Part shown: positions 36,109-50,491 of the stretch, piece by piece | Layout of the letters: every line of letters starts with the position of its first letter | Numbering within the stretch: the stretch's first letter is position 1 | Origin: Eledone cirrhosa | Taxonomy: Eukaryota | Length of the DNA: 64,000 nucleotides | Direction: 5' to 3' | NCBI GenBank assembly: GCA_964016885.1 | Contig: OZ024740.1 | Coordinates: forward strand, 77,748,001-77,812,000 | Made by a program: the position numbers and the translations under genes | Notes under the pieces: model-generated | The model's database searches: none | What the model was told of the DNA's origin: nothing | What the model saw: only the letters and a program-made list of their open reading frames with translations

Positions 36109-38273
36109 CTCAAGCAGCGCACAAGGGATAGTGAGGTAGTATGTCTACCCACGGATAAGTCTGGTAGGATGCCAATAGATAGCATGCCGAACTACATCAA
36201 GGCTATGCAACCCCACATCACCAACACGAGCGAAATTGCACATCAAACACACGATGGGAGAGAGAAAATCCTCAACGCTTACATGTTGATGTGGACTGAC
36301 ATCCTAAAGCCAAGCAGACGCACTGCCAACAACTTCCAGGCGTCTAACAATGGCATACCACCCTTGTATGGGCTCCGCAAAGACCACAAGACAGTCGACG
36401 ACCCGACAACAGGACCACCAACAAGACCCGTATGCGGAGCTAATATAGCTAGTAACTACAGGATCTCCTACTTCCTCTCAATGGTTATACGCCCCATAAT
36501 CAGGATGTCCCCAGATGTATGTGACAGTACAGAGGACCTCCTCAGCAGAATCAGTGAGTGCAACAAAAACAGGAGCCTATCAAACTGCATAATAGGCAGT
36601 ATGGATGTGGTGTCACTGTACCCATCCATTAACATTGATTTTGCTGTGAAAAGATGTGTGGAGATGATCATTGAGAGTGAGGTGGAGTTCTGCGACGTCG
36701 ACACAGACGAACTGGGCCTCCTACTTAGACTTACCTACGACACTGACTACCTAGACAGCCATGACCTTAGACGTTTCTGCCCTAGTAAACCTATAAGAGG
36801 TAGACCCCCCACCATAACCTCAATGGCAAAAAAGACTCCCATGGGAAGGTGGATTAGGTGGACCAAAGCTATACGGACCCCCCAAAACAATGATCAGGTA
36901 AGAAAAATGGTCGCACATGCAATAGGGGCTAGTATCAAAACTACCTTAAAGAGCCACATATTTAAGTTCAACGAGAAGATCTACACCCAAAATGAGGGAG
37001 CAGCCATCGGCGTCAGCATAGCTGGTGATGTTGCCAACCTTTTCATGGTATGGTGGGAAAAGAGACTTAAAGATCTCCTTAATGAGAGCTCCATAGACCT
37101 CATCATGTACTCTCGTTATGTAGACGATATCAATATAGTTATAAGAACACCCCCACTAGAGAGCACTAACAAGTTTGATTTAGAACGTAGCACGATGGAA
37201 AGCATCCAGCAGATAGCTAATTCCATACACCAGAGTATAACTGTAACTATCGACTTCCCTTCCAAACACCCTAACAATAGACTACCTGTATTAGACACAG
37301 AACTCTGGATTAACACTATAGACGAGAGAGCCCAAATTCTCCACTCACACTATGCTAAACCCATGGCCTCCAAATACCTGATACTCAAAAACTCAGCAAT
37401 GTTCAGTAGTGCTAAGTTTAATATTCTGATCGCAGATTTGGTACGAGTGATGAAGAATGTGTCCCGCATGTGCAACCCAACAGAAATGGAAAGACACATC
37501 CAACACTTCATCAACCGCATGCAGTTCTCTGGCTACAACCAAAGAGACAGAGTCAGAGTATACGAAGGAGCCATGGAGAAGTATAAGACCCTCATAGAAC
37601 TGGACATGAAAGGAATTTGCCCATTATACAGGAGCAAATCATGGAATAGCTTAGATAGGGCTAGACATAAGATAGGGAATGCCACCTCATGGTACGACAA
37701 CCAGAGATACCAGAGTGTCATGTTTGTGGACGCTACCCCTAGAGGGAAATTAGCTAACCAGTGTAGAAAGGCCCTGAGAAAGACCCACTTAAAAATTAAG
37801 GTGGTAGAAAAGCCAGAAACCACCATAAAATCCCTGATCAGCAAAACCTACCCTTTTAAGAAAACCCACTGTACCAATAGGAAATGTATCATATGTAAGG
37901 TAAACCCCCGGATAAACTGTAAAACTAGAAACCTAGTCTATAGCATAAGATGTACAGAGGGTACTTGCAGAAACATGACAACAACATACATAGGTGAGAC
38001 AGCTCGTAGCATAGGTGAAAGGATAGACCAACACTGGGGGAACTAAAAGGACGAAAAAACGGGTCAGTACTATACGAACATGCTAGACAACAACATGACG
38101 GTAACATAGACAACATAGAAATTAGAATAATATCTAAACATAGAAATGACCCAGCAGATAGGCAAATCAGAGAGGCCAGTGAAATAGAAATTAGAAGACC
38201 AAGACTAAACAGGAAGAATGAATGGAATAACAACAACACCCAAACAAACAACACTGACCTAAGAGAAGTATAA
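36109..38273 (+). pseudogene. PLE reverse transcriptase + GIY-YIG endonuclease (5'-truncated; one frameshift in the G run at 38036-38040)
   Basis: TDKSG, LYGLRKDHK, RPVC, MDVVSLYPSI, RYVDD, LVYSIRC..YIGETARS; the C-terminus continues in another frame to RQIREA..LNRKNEW. Confidence 0.9.
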
Positions 38274-38520
38274 ATAAGTAAATAAAATAAAATAAATAAA
38301 TAAATAAATAAATAAATACATACACAAGCACAATAACAACAAGCACATAAACACACACTAGTCACCCATCACACAGCAAACAAAACACTATACACACACG
38401 CAAACGCATGCGCAAAGAAGACAAAATAAAATAAACAAACAAGCAAATAAATAAATAAATATATAGACAGCTGAATAAAAATGGTGTAGACATACAATAC
38501 AACAGGAGGAAAAGATAGCA

Positions 38521-38560
38521 CCACTGACGATGTTGCAGATGTGCAACGAAAGATTTATGA
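38521..38560 (+). ncRNA. Minimal hammerhead ribozyme motif (pLTR family A)
   Basis: CA-CTGACGA-T-GTTGCA-GATG-TGCAAC-GAAA-GATT-TA-TG. Confidence 0.7.
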
Positions 38561-38763
38561 TAAACTATATATATGTGTTTGTCTGTATTGTATCTGTATT
38601 ATTTTTGACCGTCGGTCAGTCAATGGCAACATTGAGGACCGAGTAAGTTAGATTACCGATATAAAAGACACAGAAGCGAGAAGCGAAAACCAACCAAACA
38701 GTGAGTGCGTTCTGTTATTAATTCTGGCAATATTACACAAATATGACCCTCCCCAAGTATAAC

Positions 38764-38852
<89 letters not shown>

Positions 38853-39090
38853 AGGAATGGTTTTCTGTAGGGGATCGGACAGAAATCACAGTTAAATAAG
38901 GGACATTCTCGGTGACTTCATGCTAATGAAATAGTTCTAGTCTCACACATCTACACATATCGTCACTCACACACACACACACACACATGTACATAATCAC
39001 ACATGCATATACTCGAATTGGAAGGCAGATATTAAACATGCACATAGAAGTGTTCATATGGGTAGTCATCTACACACAAACATATATATA

Positions 39091-39361
39091 TATAAGGTAA
39101 AAAGATGAAATCGAAAATGCAACTGGAGTCTTTTTTTTTTTTAAATATATTTATTTGGTTCCTTTACCGGTTTCGCAGTTCTTGTACTTTTCAAAAGTAG
39201 AATTGAGATGGAGGGTTTGTGGCGAGAAAAACCATAAACCCTCCGTCTCAATTCTACTTTTGAAAAGCAGAAGAACTGCAAAACCGGTAAAGGAACCAAA
39301 TATTATATTTTTATTTTAAAAGACTCCAGTTGCATTTTCGATTTCATCTTTTTACCTTATA
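39091..39361. repeat. ~270-bp palindrome in (TA)n carrying a hammerhead-like motif in each arm
   Basis: Arms are near-perfect reverse complements around a short loop at ~39222-39231. Confidence 0.9.
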
Positions 39362-39457
39362 CTTTTACTCGTGTAGGAGACTTCGTTTTTTTTTTCATTT
39401 TGTAAAAAACCTCACTTTCTAATATATATATATATATAGAAACAAGTATGACCCCGA

Positions 39458-39537
39458 CGGCAGAGTTCAAGCCGTTTCGACGGCTATTTCTGGGCATAGC
39501 CGCCCAGAAATAGCCGTCGAAACGGCTTGAGCTCTGC
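39458..39537. repeat. 80-bp near-perfect hairpin
   Basis: ggcagagttcaagccgtttcgacggctatttctgggc-atagcc-gcccagaaatagccgtcgaaacggcttgagctctgcc. Confidence 0.9.
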
Positions 39538-39635
39538 CTATTACGCACTCTACTACCCTAAGTATTGAGTATTTTGGTGCGTTATGGTCCATCTGGTTCC
39601 TTACCACAATTCCTTCGTTATATATATATATATAC

Positions 39636-39688
<53 letters not shown>

Positions 39689-39973
39689 GAGTGAGAGAGA
39701 AAGAAAGCGAGAGAGGCAGACAGACAGAGACAGAGAGAGAATGAGAGAGTCAAGGAGCCGACGGCTGAGCTCTTGCCGTTTCAACACCTGTTATAACAGC
39801 AAAAGCTCTGCCGTCGTGGTCCTGACTTCTTCATATTACCATACTCTACTACCTCAAGTATCGAGTACTCTGGTGAATAATGGTCTAAACACGCTTTTAC
39901 TGCATCCATTTTGATATATATATATTTACACATACATACACAGACACACACACAAACACACACACACACACAG

Positions 39974-40005
<32 letters not shown>

Positions 40006-40059
40006 TCTTTAATAATTATATATAAGAAAAAATAGAGTTACTTAAAGAGAAATTGTGAT

Positions 40060-40830
40060 TGAGACATCAGTGTGACCATGTTGAACGTCAGCTATTTTCT
40101 TGTGTATTTGTTGGTGTTAGCCGCTATCATTCTTGCTGTACTAGTACTGGTATCATATATCAGTAGAGGTCACAGAATCTTCAAGATCAACCAAACTAAG
40201 TCACAGAAGTCCCATTTGCCTATTACCTTTGGCTTCGCTTTTCCATTCATCTTTTTGTATCTTTCACGGAGTTGTCAAACCAAGTTCCCAAACTCTTGAC
40301 TGTTGGAATGACTTCCCTTAGCATCAATGGAGAGGAATGTTTCAAATACTTTTCCTTGGGAGAATTCTAATGCTTGAAACTCATGTAGAGGCGACTAATT
40401 TATCTAACTCTTTCAGTGTCTTGCGTATTTCCTCTTTCTTTATGTAAAAGACTGTACTAACATCCATGAAATCTTTCAGAGGAGACATTCGATATCGACG
40501 CCTGGGGTCTACTCGACCTGTACTGCTCACTGCTGCCTTTAGAAGGACCTTCCTTGCCAACACAAACAACATTGGAAGGCTTGCACAGCCATTGCTATAT
40601 CAATTTCTAAATCTATCCAGTCTGCCGTGTATTCTTTAGTGAAGAATCGCATTGAGACGCCGTGAAACCCAGATTTTTCGTGGGAGGTACGTACACGATA
40701 CATCTCAAGATCCAGATGGAGCCACATCACATCGAGTGTCCATACTTTCGCTGTAACTCTTTAGACTGCTCTCCAAATCATCGGATCATGCATTACACAG
40801 ACAGTCCGGAGATGCCTTCTCTCTTCTGAA
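40060..40830 (-). mobile_element. Highly decayed RLE-type LINE RT remnant (Hero-like)
   Basis: Remnant motifs FFTKEYTADWIDLEI, MLFVLA, DFMDV and ELDKLV resemble Hero-clade RT domains; many stops and frameshifts. Confidence 0.45.
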
Positions 40831-41474
40831 CTGACATGATCTCAGGTGTCCTCGACCCAGTATTGCCGTCCACCTTCATCATACTACGCCTTAGTTGTAG
40901 TTCACTTCTTCATTAATTGATTGATTTGTCAAAGTCTTTCACTACACACCCGTATATTTTGTGTATACATATTTGTATACTTTTGCATATTTTTACAATT
41001 TCATCTAATTTTCTATATGTATTTTTGTGTGTTCTGTCTTTTTTGTCTGTTCTTATTTTCTGTGGGGTATTTAGCCAGCCTTGTTGCCGTAACAGAGAAT
41101 GTTCACCCACTCAACGTTCAGAAATGATATTGGTCTGAATCGGAATTCTATTCTTTTGGAATGTATACTTCATCATCTCTCATCCAGTGATCACTGACCT
41201 TCAAGTTCCAACATGCTGACATTATCATTCTGTGGGGCTATACGGGGATATTGTGAGATTTATTGTACAGTTGTTTCAGTGTTGCTTCTGGCATTGTTAA
41301 CCACCTTCTTTGTTAATCCAGAGAGAGAGAGAGAGAGAGGGGGAGAGAGTGTGTGTGTGTGTGAGAGGGGGTGTAAAATCCAGACGACGGTGCCAAGCAG
41401 TTTCGGCTTGTGTTATATATGTAGTTAAAAGTTAGTCTCCGGCTGCTGAGCTGAGACCGTTTCAACGGCGAGTC

Positions 41475-41756
41475 CATATGTACAAACTTTATTGGCATAT
41501 TAGAATTGTTTCGATATTGATCAGCTCAGAGTACAATCAAAATGACGAGGCCTGGCTTTTTTTTCGATATCTCCTCAGATATGCGAGTTTATATATGCAA
41601 ATACACATCTAAAAGGTGTTTAGATGTGTATTAGCACACATAAACATGCATATCTGAGGAGATGTCGAAAAAGAGTCGGAGCTCATCATTTTGATTGTAC
41701 TCTGAGCCGATCGATATAGAAACAATTCTAATTTGCCAATAAAGTTTGTACATATG
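41475..41756. repeat. ~280-bp palindrome
   Basis: catatgtacaaactttattggca ... tgccaataaagtttgtacatatg, with pairing continuing to a loop at ~41613-41619. Confidence 0.9.
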
Positions 41757-41926
41757 CTGCAACAATTACTTCCATTCCCCTAAATCTATTTACTCTCTGC
41801 ACATTACAGCCAGCTTAACTCTGTAATACAATCCACACCAGACGGGCCTCGTAACAGCATTGAGTGCACCACATGTAACTGTAGTTACACACCTAACTCA
41901 CACATAGACACACACAGACACACACA

Positions 41927-42079
<153 letters not shown>

Positions 42080-42199
42080 GTGAGATTACTCTGATGCAAG
42101 ACCGAGTTTCACTGCCAGAAAGTAATATAATAAATAGTATACTCTACTTTAGTATTGAGCTCTAATCCCTCGTGTTTGCAAATCGCTAGTTAGTTTATA

Positions 42200-42385
42200 T
42201 TATTGGCAGAGCTGTTAGAACGTCAGATAGAATGCTTTATGGTATTCCTTCCTGCTCTCTGCTCTCGGAGTTCAAATCCCGCCGAGGTCAACTTTGCCTT
42301 TCATCCTTACGGGGTCGATAAAATAAAGTACCAGTAATACACTGGGATAATTGCTGGCCTTGTGCCAAAAGTAGAAACAATTATA
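42200..42385 (+). mobile_element. OR-like SINE
   Basis: tggcagagctgttag, gagttcaaatcccgccgagg, conserved body and tail. Confidence 0.85.
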
Positions 42386-44254
42386 TTATATATTATATTA
42401 TATTGTATTATATTGTATTAGCGTCTTGTAATCCCACCTCAGAAATAATACAATGACCCCCAAAACAATATTTCTCAGGTAGGAGTATGCAACACGATAT
42501 GAGTATAACATATATTAACTACCACTTAGACAAATGGATAGACAGAATTTCACACATAAACAGACATAGATTGACAATAGCGATAGCAGGAATGAAATCG
42601 GATAAACGATAACGTATAATAATTCACCCACAACCGCAGTCGTTGGCTGCTGCCTCAACCACTAAACTTAAGCCTAACACACTTGACAGAACAATAAACA
42701 ATAAAAACAACCACAGCAAACACAACATATACTTGTACTTACATATACATACCTGTACATAGGGACTCATTATCCCCCAACACCACCACCGAAAAGAGCA
42801 AATCAGTCACGGGGAACGCATTGAAAAAGATACGGGCATGTAGTGAAAGACTTTGACAAATCAATCAATTAATAAAGAAGTGAACTACAACTTAGGCATA
42901 GTATGATGAAGGTGGATGGCAGTACTGGGTCGAGGACACCTGAGATCACAACAACGATTGGCGGGAAATGGAGTCTGTCCATTAATGAATGGGATATATT
43001 CCTTTTATGCTTTTCTATGTTGCAGACGGTAAATACTGAGTTCAAAATTATAGGCAGTATCTTTCATTAGAAATATAGCAATGGTCGCGATAAATACTTA
43101 AGAAATAGATATAAATAACTAGTTTATGATATATAGATAATGAGCTCGCTATCAAAGTAAACCGAAGCGACATTATTGGTACTGGAGACTGTGTCACAAT
43201 ACATGAGCTCTCTGATGAGGAGCATACTCCCCTCAAACAGGAAAACGGCTGTGTGAGCGCCTACCGACACACTCCAATTGGGACAGGAAATCGACAGAGT
43301 ATATTTATTTTTCTGGACTGAGTAGTTTTTTTATTGATCATACATAATACTACATATTTATTCCTCTTTGCTTTTTAATTTTGCGTAACTGGAGATTTTC
43401 AGCCACTACTTTGTTTGGTACCTATTTCAACATCTTTCAACATATTTCAATATATTTCAACATTCTCGTAGGATACAACACGCAAAGAGAGATAAAGTAT
43501 ATACAGCCAGTCCTCATTTAACGACCATTCACACTTACGACCATTATCATACGCCTGCCAACACTACAACCGTTATACGAGAATGGAAACGAAAAAGCAA
43601 AAGCGACCATCAAATCTCCGCATTTCATTCGTGATGAGCCAGTCACTACTTACTGTACCGACCGCAAGCTGTTCCCAAATTATAAAATTTTACATCTTTC
43701 ATTAAAATAAAATAAAAACTGATCCCCATAGAAGTGTTACCCCCAACTACTGTCGCCTATTATCCAAATGATCCGGAATCAAAAGAGTTCGTTGATGAAC
43801 TTTATGAATAAGAATAAAAATATTTTGCGCATACATATTTGTATTATTTATTTATTTTCATTTGTGTTCCAGCTGAGGCCATGCTTGGGCACCGCCACCA
43901 ATGCTATACTTTCTATAGCCAGCCTTCCCTGGTTGGCCATTAGTGCAAAAGGGAGTTTGTTGCTGCTGCTCTTGTTTGTGCTTCACCTATTGTTGTGGGT
44001 TCATATGGGATCTTGGTTAGTAGATTGTTGAGATGTCTCTTGAAAACACCTACATCCACACCATACAGATCTCTCAGATTTAGAATTTTTTTAGAATTTC
44101 ATCTAATTTTCTATGTGTATTTTTGTGTGTTATTTCCTTTTGTCTGTTCTTTTTTTTTTTCTCGTAAAAGTTTTGCAAAATACAACAAATTTACGGTTAC
44201 TAAAATAGGAATTCCATTAGAGCTGTACTAATCTCTTTATTTAGATAATTTATA

Positions 44255-44328
44255 CAGGGTGAGGCATAGAGATCTCCACATTTTTTTATATCCCTTCAAA
44301 ATGTGGGAGAACTTTATGCCCTACCCTG
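44255..44328. mobile_element. 74-bp mariner-type mini-MITE
   Basis: TA|CAGGGT..GGCATAGAG..CCACATTTT pairs with AAAATGTGG..CTTTATGCC..ACCCTG|TA. Confidence 0.65.
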
Positions 44329-45137
44329 TATAATATAAAACTAATAATTGGTGACTGTTCATGTTCTCATGGAGTCTATCACCTGCCGCATGACATTCTA
44401 AAGATATTTCTTGACCAGGCCATTGCAATAGAACCTGGGTATTGAATGAGGATTCCGTTTACCGACCAATTGACTTGACGACAAGATTGATGCCACGAAA
44501 TGTGGTCGTTAAGTCAGGTGTGGTACTTAATTGTCTTTACAGTTGACTACGTTTCTATTAAAGTTTCGTGTCGAAGAAGCATTTATCAGATGACTTAACA
44601 TCCCAGAAAGGTTTGGAAAATAAAAACAGAGTTATTGTTGTCGTTCTTTATTAGGAAAGAATGTGTCCTATAGACTTCTCATAAGTCTACGAAGGGATGT
44701 CCATTTGGTCACTCCCAAAATGATAGACAACAAATCCTATTTCACTGTTGCAATTCATCAGTTAGATATTATCTCTTGTTGCGGCATTTAAGTATAGTAT
44801 TCGTTCGTTTTTGTTTTTTAAGTATCACTCTGTTGAATTATTATGTAATATTTCGCTGCAGTGCATGATTGGCATGCGCAATATGTGTAAGTCGTTCAAT
44901 TTTCGATTATTGATTAGTCAATATCAATTAGGTAAATGTATCCGTCTTTCAATTTACCTTAAAGATCTGGACAAAACTGCGCTTCTTTTTTCTGCATTCT
45001 TGAAACTGTCTTCACACATAATATTGTGCCTACCATCGTGGTATTTTGAATGTCCATTTAGAAGTTTACTTATTTATCGTTCTATCGACATTTTACTTGT
45101 CTTGCATGTGGCTGGCTGGAAAGCACACACACACACA

Positions 45138-47264
<2,127 letters not shown>

Positions 47265-47424
47265 TATATATATATATATATATATTATAGTTATTATCTT
47301 CAACTCATAAATGTTGTTACCGCTTGTTTCCAACTGTGCATGTGGCTTACATTGTGTATTTGCACAACCACATTTTTCCAGGCGATTGTAAACAAAGATG
47401 ACCGACCATCTCTCTCTCTCTCTA

Positions 47425-47477
<53 letters not shown>

Positions 47478-47495
47478 ATATATATGTATATATAT

Positions 47496-47599
<104 letters not shown>

Positions 47600-47631
47600 G
47601 TGTGTGTATGTGTGTGTGAGTGTGTGTGTGT

Positions 47632-47728
<97 letters not shown>

Positions 47729-48037
47729 TGTGTATTTACTAGCCACCTCCTGGCCTCCTCCCCGGTCTGTACTGTGCTTAAATATATTCATAAGGTACCT
47801 ATTGTCATCTGTCGTAATGTACATTTTCCTTAGAATATAAGTTGGTAAAAAGTATTTAATTATCGCATAACATAATGTTACAAATTTATTTAGAATATCT
47901 AAATACAGAAAGTAATAAAGAAAATAATAGAAAAATGTATTTTACGAAAATTATAAAATATTTACAGAACTTCCGTATATACCAGAGGTGGGTAACCTTT
48001 AAATGTTGAAAGACCGCATTAAATTACTTGCAATATA

Positions 48038-48226
48038 GGGCGGTGGATTGGCAGTATCGGTAGAGGGTCGGACGCCATGCTTCCCAGCATAGTTACGTCC
48101 CTTTACGATCTGAGTTCAATTCCCGCCGAGGTTGACTTTGCCTTTCATCCTTACAGGGTCGATAAAATAAAGTACCAGTAATGCACTGGGTAATTGCTGG
48201 CCTTGTGCCTAAAGTAGAAACAATTA
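48038..48226 (+). mobile_element. OR-like SINE, full length
   Basis: GGCGGTGGATTGGCAGTATCGG..GAGTTCAATTCCCGCC..GTAGAAACAATT. Confidence 0.9.
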
Positions 48227-48741
48227 AATTACTTGCAATATAATAAGGCCGCATTCAACAAACCATAATTATATATTCTTGAAATTTGCATTATTTTGTA
48301 AAAATTTAATTACTATATACTAATTATCTACTAATATTTTAATTCTGTCTGTCATTGTGGATTATTTCGTTCAGTTTTCTTTTACTCTTTGGTATTAAAA
48401 TACGTTCGTCTTATTGTTTAAATTAAAATAACAAGAGATAGACTAAAACATATTAATAGAAATTAAAGATTTGTTAGAATATTTTATTTTTAAAAAGGTC
48501 ACACAGAATGGCATAGAAGTAGGGCCAGAAATAGCAGTAAATTCTCGGAGGAGAATTTACTGCTATTTCTAGCAGATAGATACTGGAGGTAGGTGGTAGC
48601 TATGTATGAGTTTATTTGAATATATAACTATTTACAAATTGAGAATAAAAGTAGAGTAAAAGCAACAAAGTTAATCACTGACGAAATAAAATAACAACAA
48701 AAGATCATTATCATCAACGATATCATCATCAACATCATGAA

Positions 48742-48773
<32 letters not shown>

Positions 48774-49173
48774 ACATCATCATCGTCGTCGTCATCATCA
48801 ACAGCAGGAACAGTAACTCTCATAGTGTCCTACATACAATGATTACTGTTGTATATATATGATAGCAATGCTGAAGTGTTAACATGTGTTAATCGCCAAC
48901 ACTTGACATGCGGATTTGGAGTAGGTCTTATCTAATAAAGATGTGATAACAGAAGGATCACACCTGAGATTAACAACTACTCTGTTGCTAATGGCAACCA
49001 GGTCATTTTATTTCTCTTACGCAGTCATACTGTACTTAACAACACCTACCACTAAACACTTGACCGATGTCTATACTATTGCTACAACAACTATGAAAAG
49101 TTACAAACACAAACAGATAGACAATCCTGTGTCCCATACCACACATAATTCGTTTATAGATGTTTATAAATAA

Positions 49174-49223
<50 letters not shown>

Positions 49224-49267
49224 TCGTCTGTTCTCAAGTTCCAGCAGAAGGTAGCAGAGAGGGAGCC

Positions 49268-49311
49268 ACTGTCTTGATGAAAGCCATTAGCTCGAAATAC
49301 ACATAGGCAGT
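49268..49311 (+). ncRNA. Hammerhead-like motif nested in a longer hairpin (49239-49335)
   Basis: ACTGTC-TTGATGA-AAGC..GCTC-GAAA-TACACA-TA-GGCAGT; outer stem ttccagcagaaggtagc / gctgcttctgctggaa. Confidence 0.55.
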
Positions 49312-49435
49312 TATCCCTAGCTGCTTCTGCTGGAATCCGCTAGACGGCACTGACCGTCAGCCTTTCAATATCCAGAGCTGGGCTTTCAAAATGTTTATTT
49401 ATTAAATATACTGTATATGTTTAGATATAGGAAAT

Positions 49436-49516
<81 letters not shown>

Positions 49517-49867
49517 AATTTGAGTATGCGTTGGTTGCTAATATGCACATCTGACTGATCAGCCAGTCTGCTAATGTGCAAATCAGGACGATCAAGCCGA
49601 TATATATATATATAATTTTTAAAATATTTCGCTCTGCTAATATGCAAATCAGGACGATTAGTCACTGTATACTTTAACAAATATATTTTTTCACTAGGTC
49701 TGACAGTTTGCAGGTGAACAGTGAACTGTACTGATGAAGGGTAATACCCTGAAATATTAGTGTCTGCAATTCTGTTTGCATGCCAACACATGAGCAAGAA
49801 TGAGGGGCTCATTCTATTGACATGGCTTTAAAAAAGAGACTGTTTGCATATTTGCAAACGAATCGAA

Positions 49868-49966
49868 TGTTAACTTTGCCTTTCATCCTTACGGGGGTCG
49901 ATAAAATAAAGTACCAGTAATGTACTGGGTATTTGCTGGCCTTGTGCCTAAAGTAGAAACAATTAT
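49868..49966 (+). mobile_element. OR-like SINE 3' half
   Basis: Matches the SINE body and tail. Confidence 0.8.
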
Positions 49967-49990
49967 TAATATTCGATAAACTTAGATTAC

Positions 49991-50138
<148 letters not shown>

Positions 50139-50411
50139 ACGTAAATACATATATGTATACAGACGTACAATAGTATGTATATATATACATACATGCACAC
50201 ATATATATATGCACGTATCGGTTTACCGAACATTTATTATAATGCTCGGTTTGTTTGTTTGTAAACAAACAAACAGTCCGAATTACGCCGTAGTGTTTAG
50301 GCTACGACACCTTTTTGTTCAACACTGACACAGGAACGATGTACTACTTTCAAGCATTTAAGTAAGCGCCGTACTAAGAGTGAGAAATGAAATTTCGTTT
50401 CATTCTATTCC

Positions 50412-50489
<78 letters not shown>

Positions 50490-50491
<2 letters not shown>

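Larger units (their letters stand above)
35905..38763 (+). mobile_element. Penelope-like element, Naiad-type family A, with 5' inverted pLTR
   Basis: RT-GIY-YIG ORF, 3' pLTR with hammerhead, inverted terminal copy at 35905-36020; (TA)n on both sides. Confidence 0.9.

Noticed and set aside
37860-38010. Selenocysteine recoding as reported for some Naiad PLEs
   Set aside because: The zinc-finger positions are ordinary Cys codons in both families; no in-frame TGA was seen.
43503-44545. Tigger/pogo-like termini (cagtcctcatttaacgacc ... ggtcgttaagtcagg)
   Set aside because: The right end is too degenerate to define a TIR or TSD.
48038-48130. SINE heads as tRNA genes
   Set aside because: A and B boxes are present but there is no proper cloverleaf, and each head continues into the SINE body.
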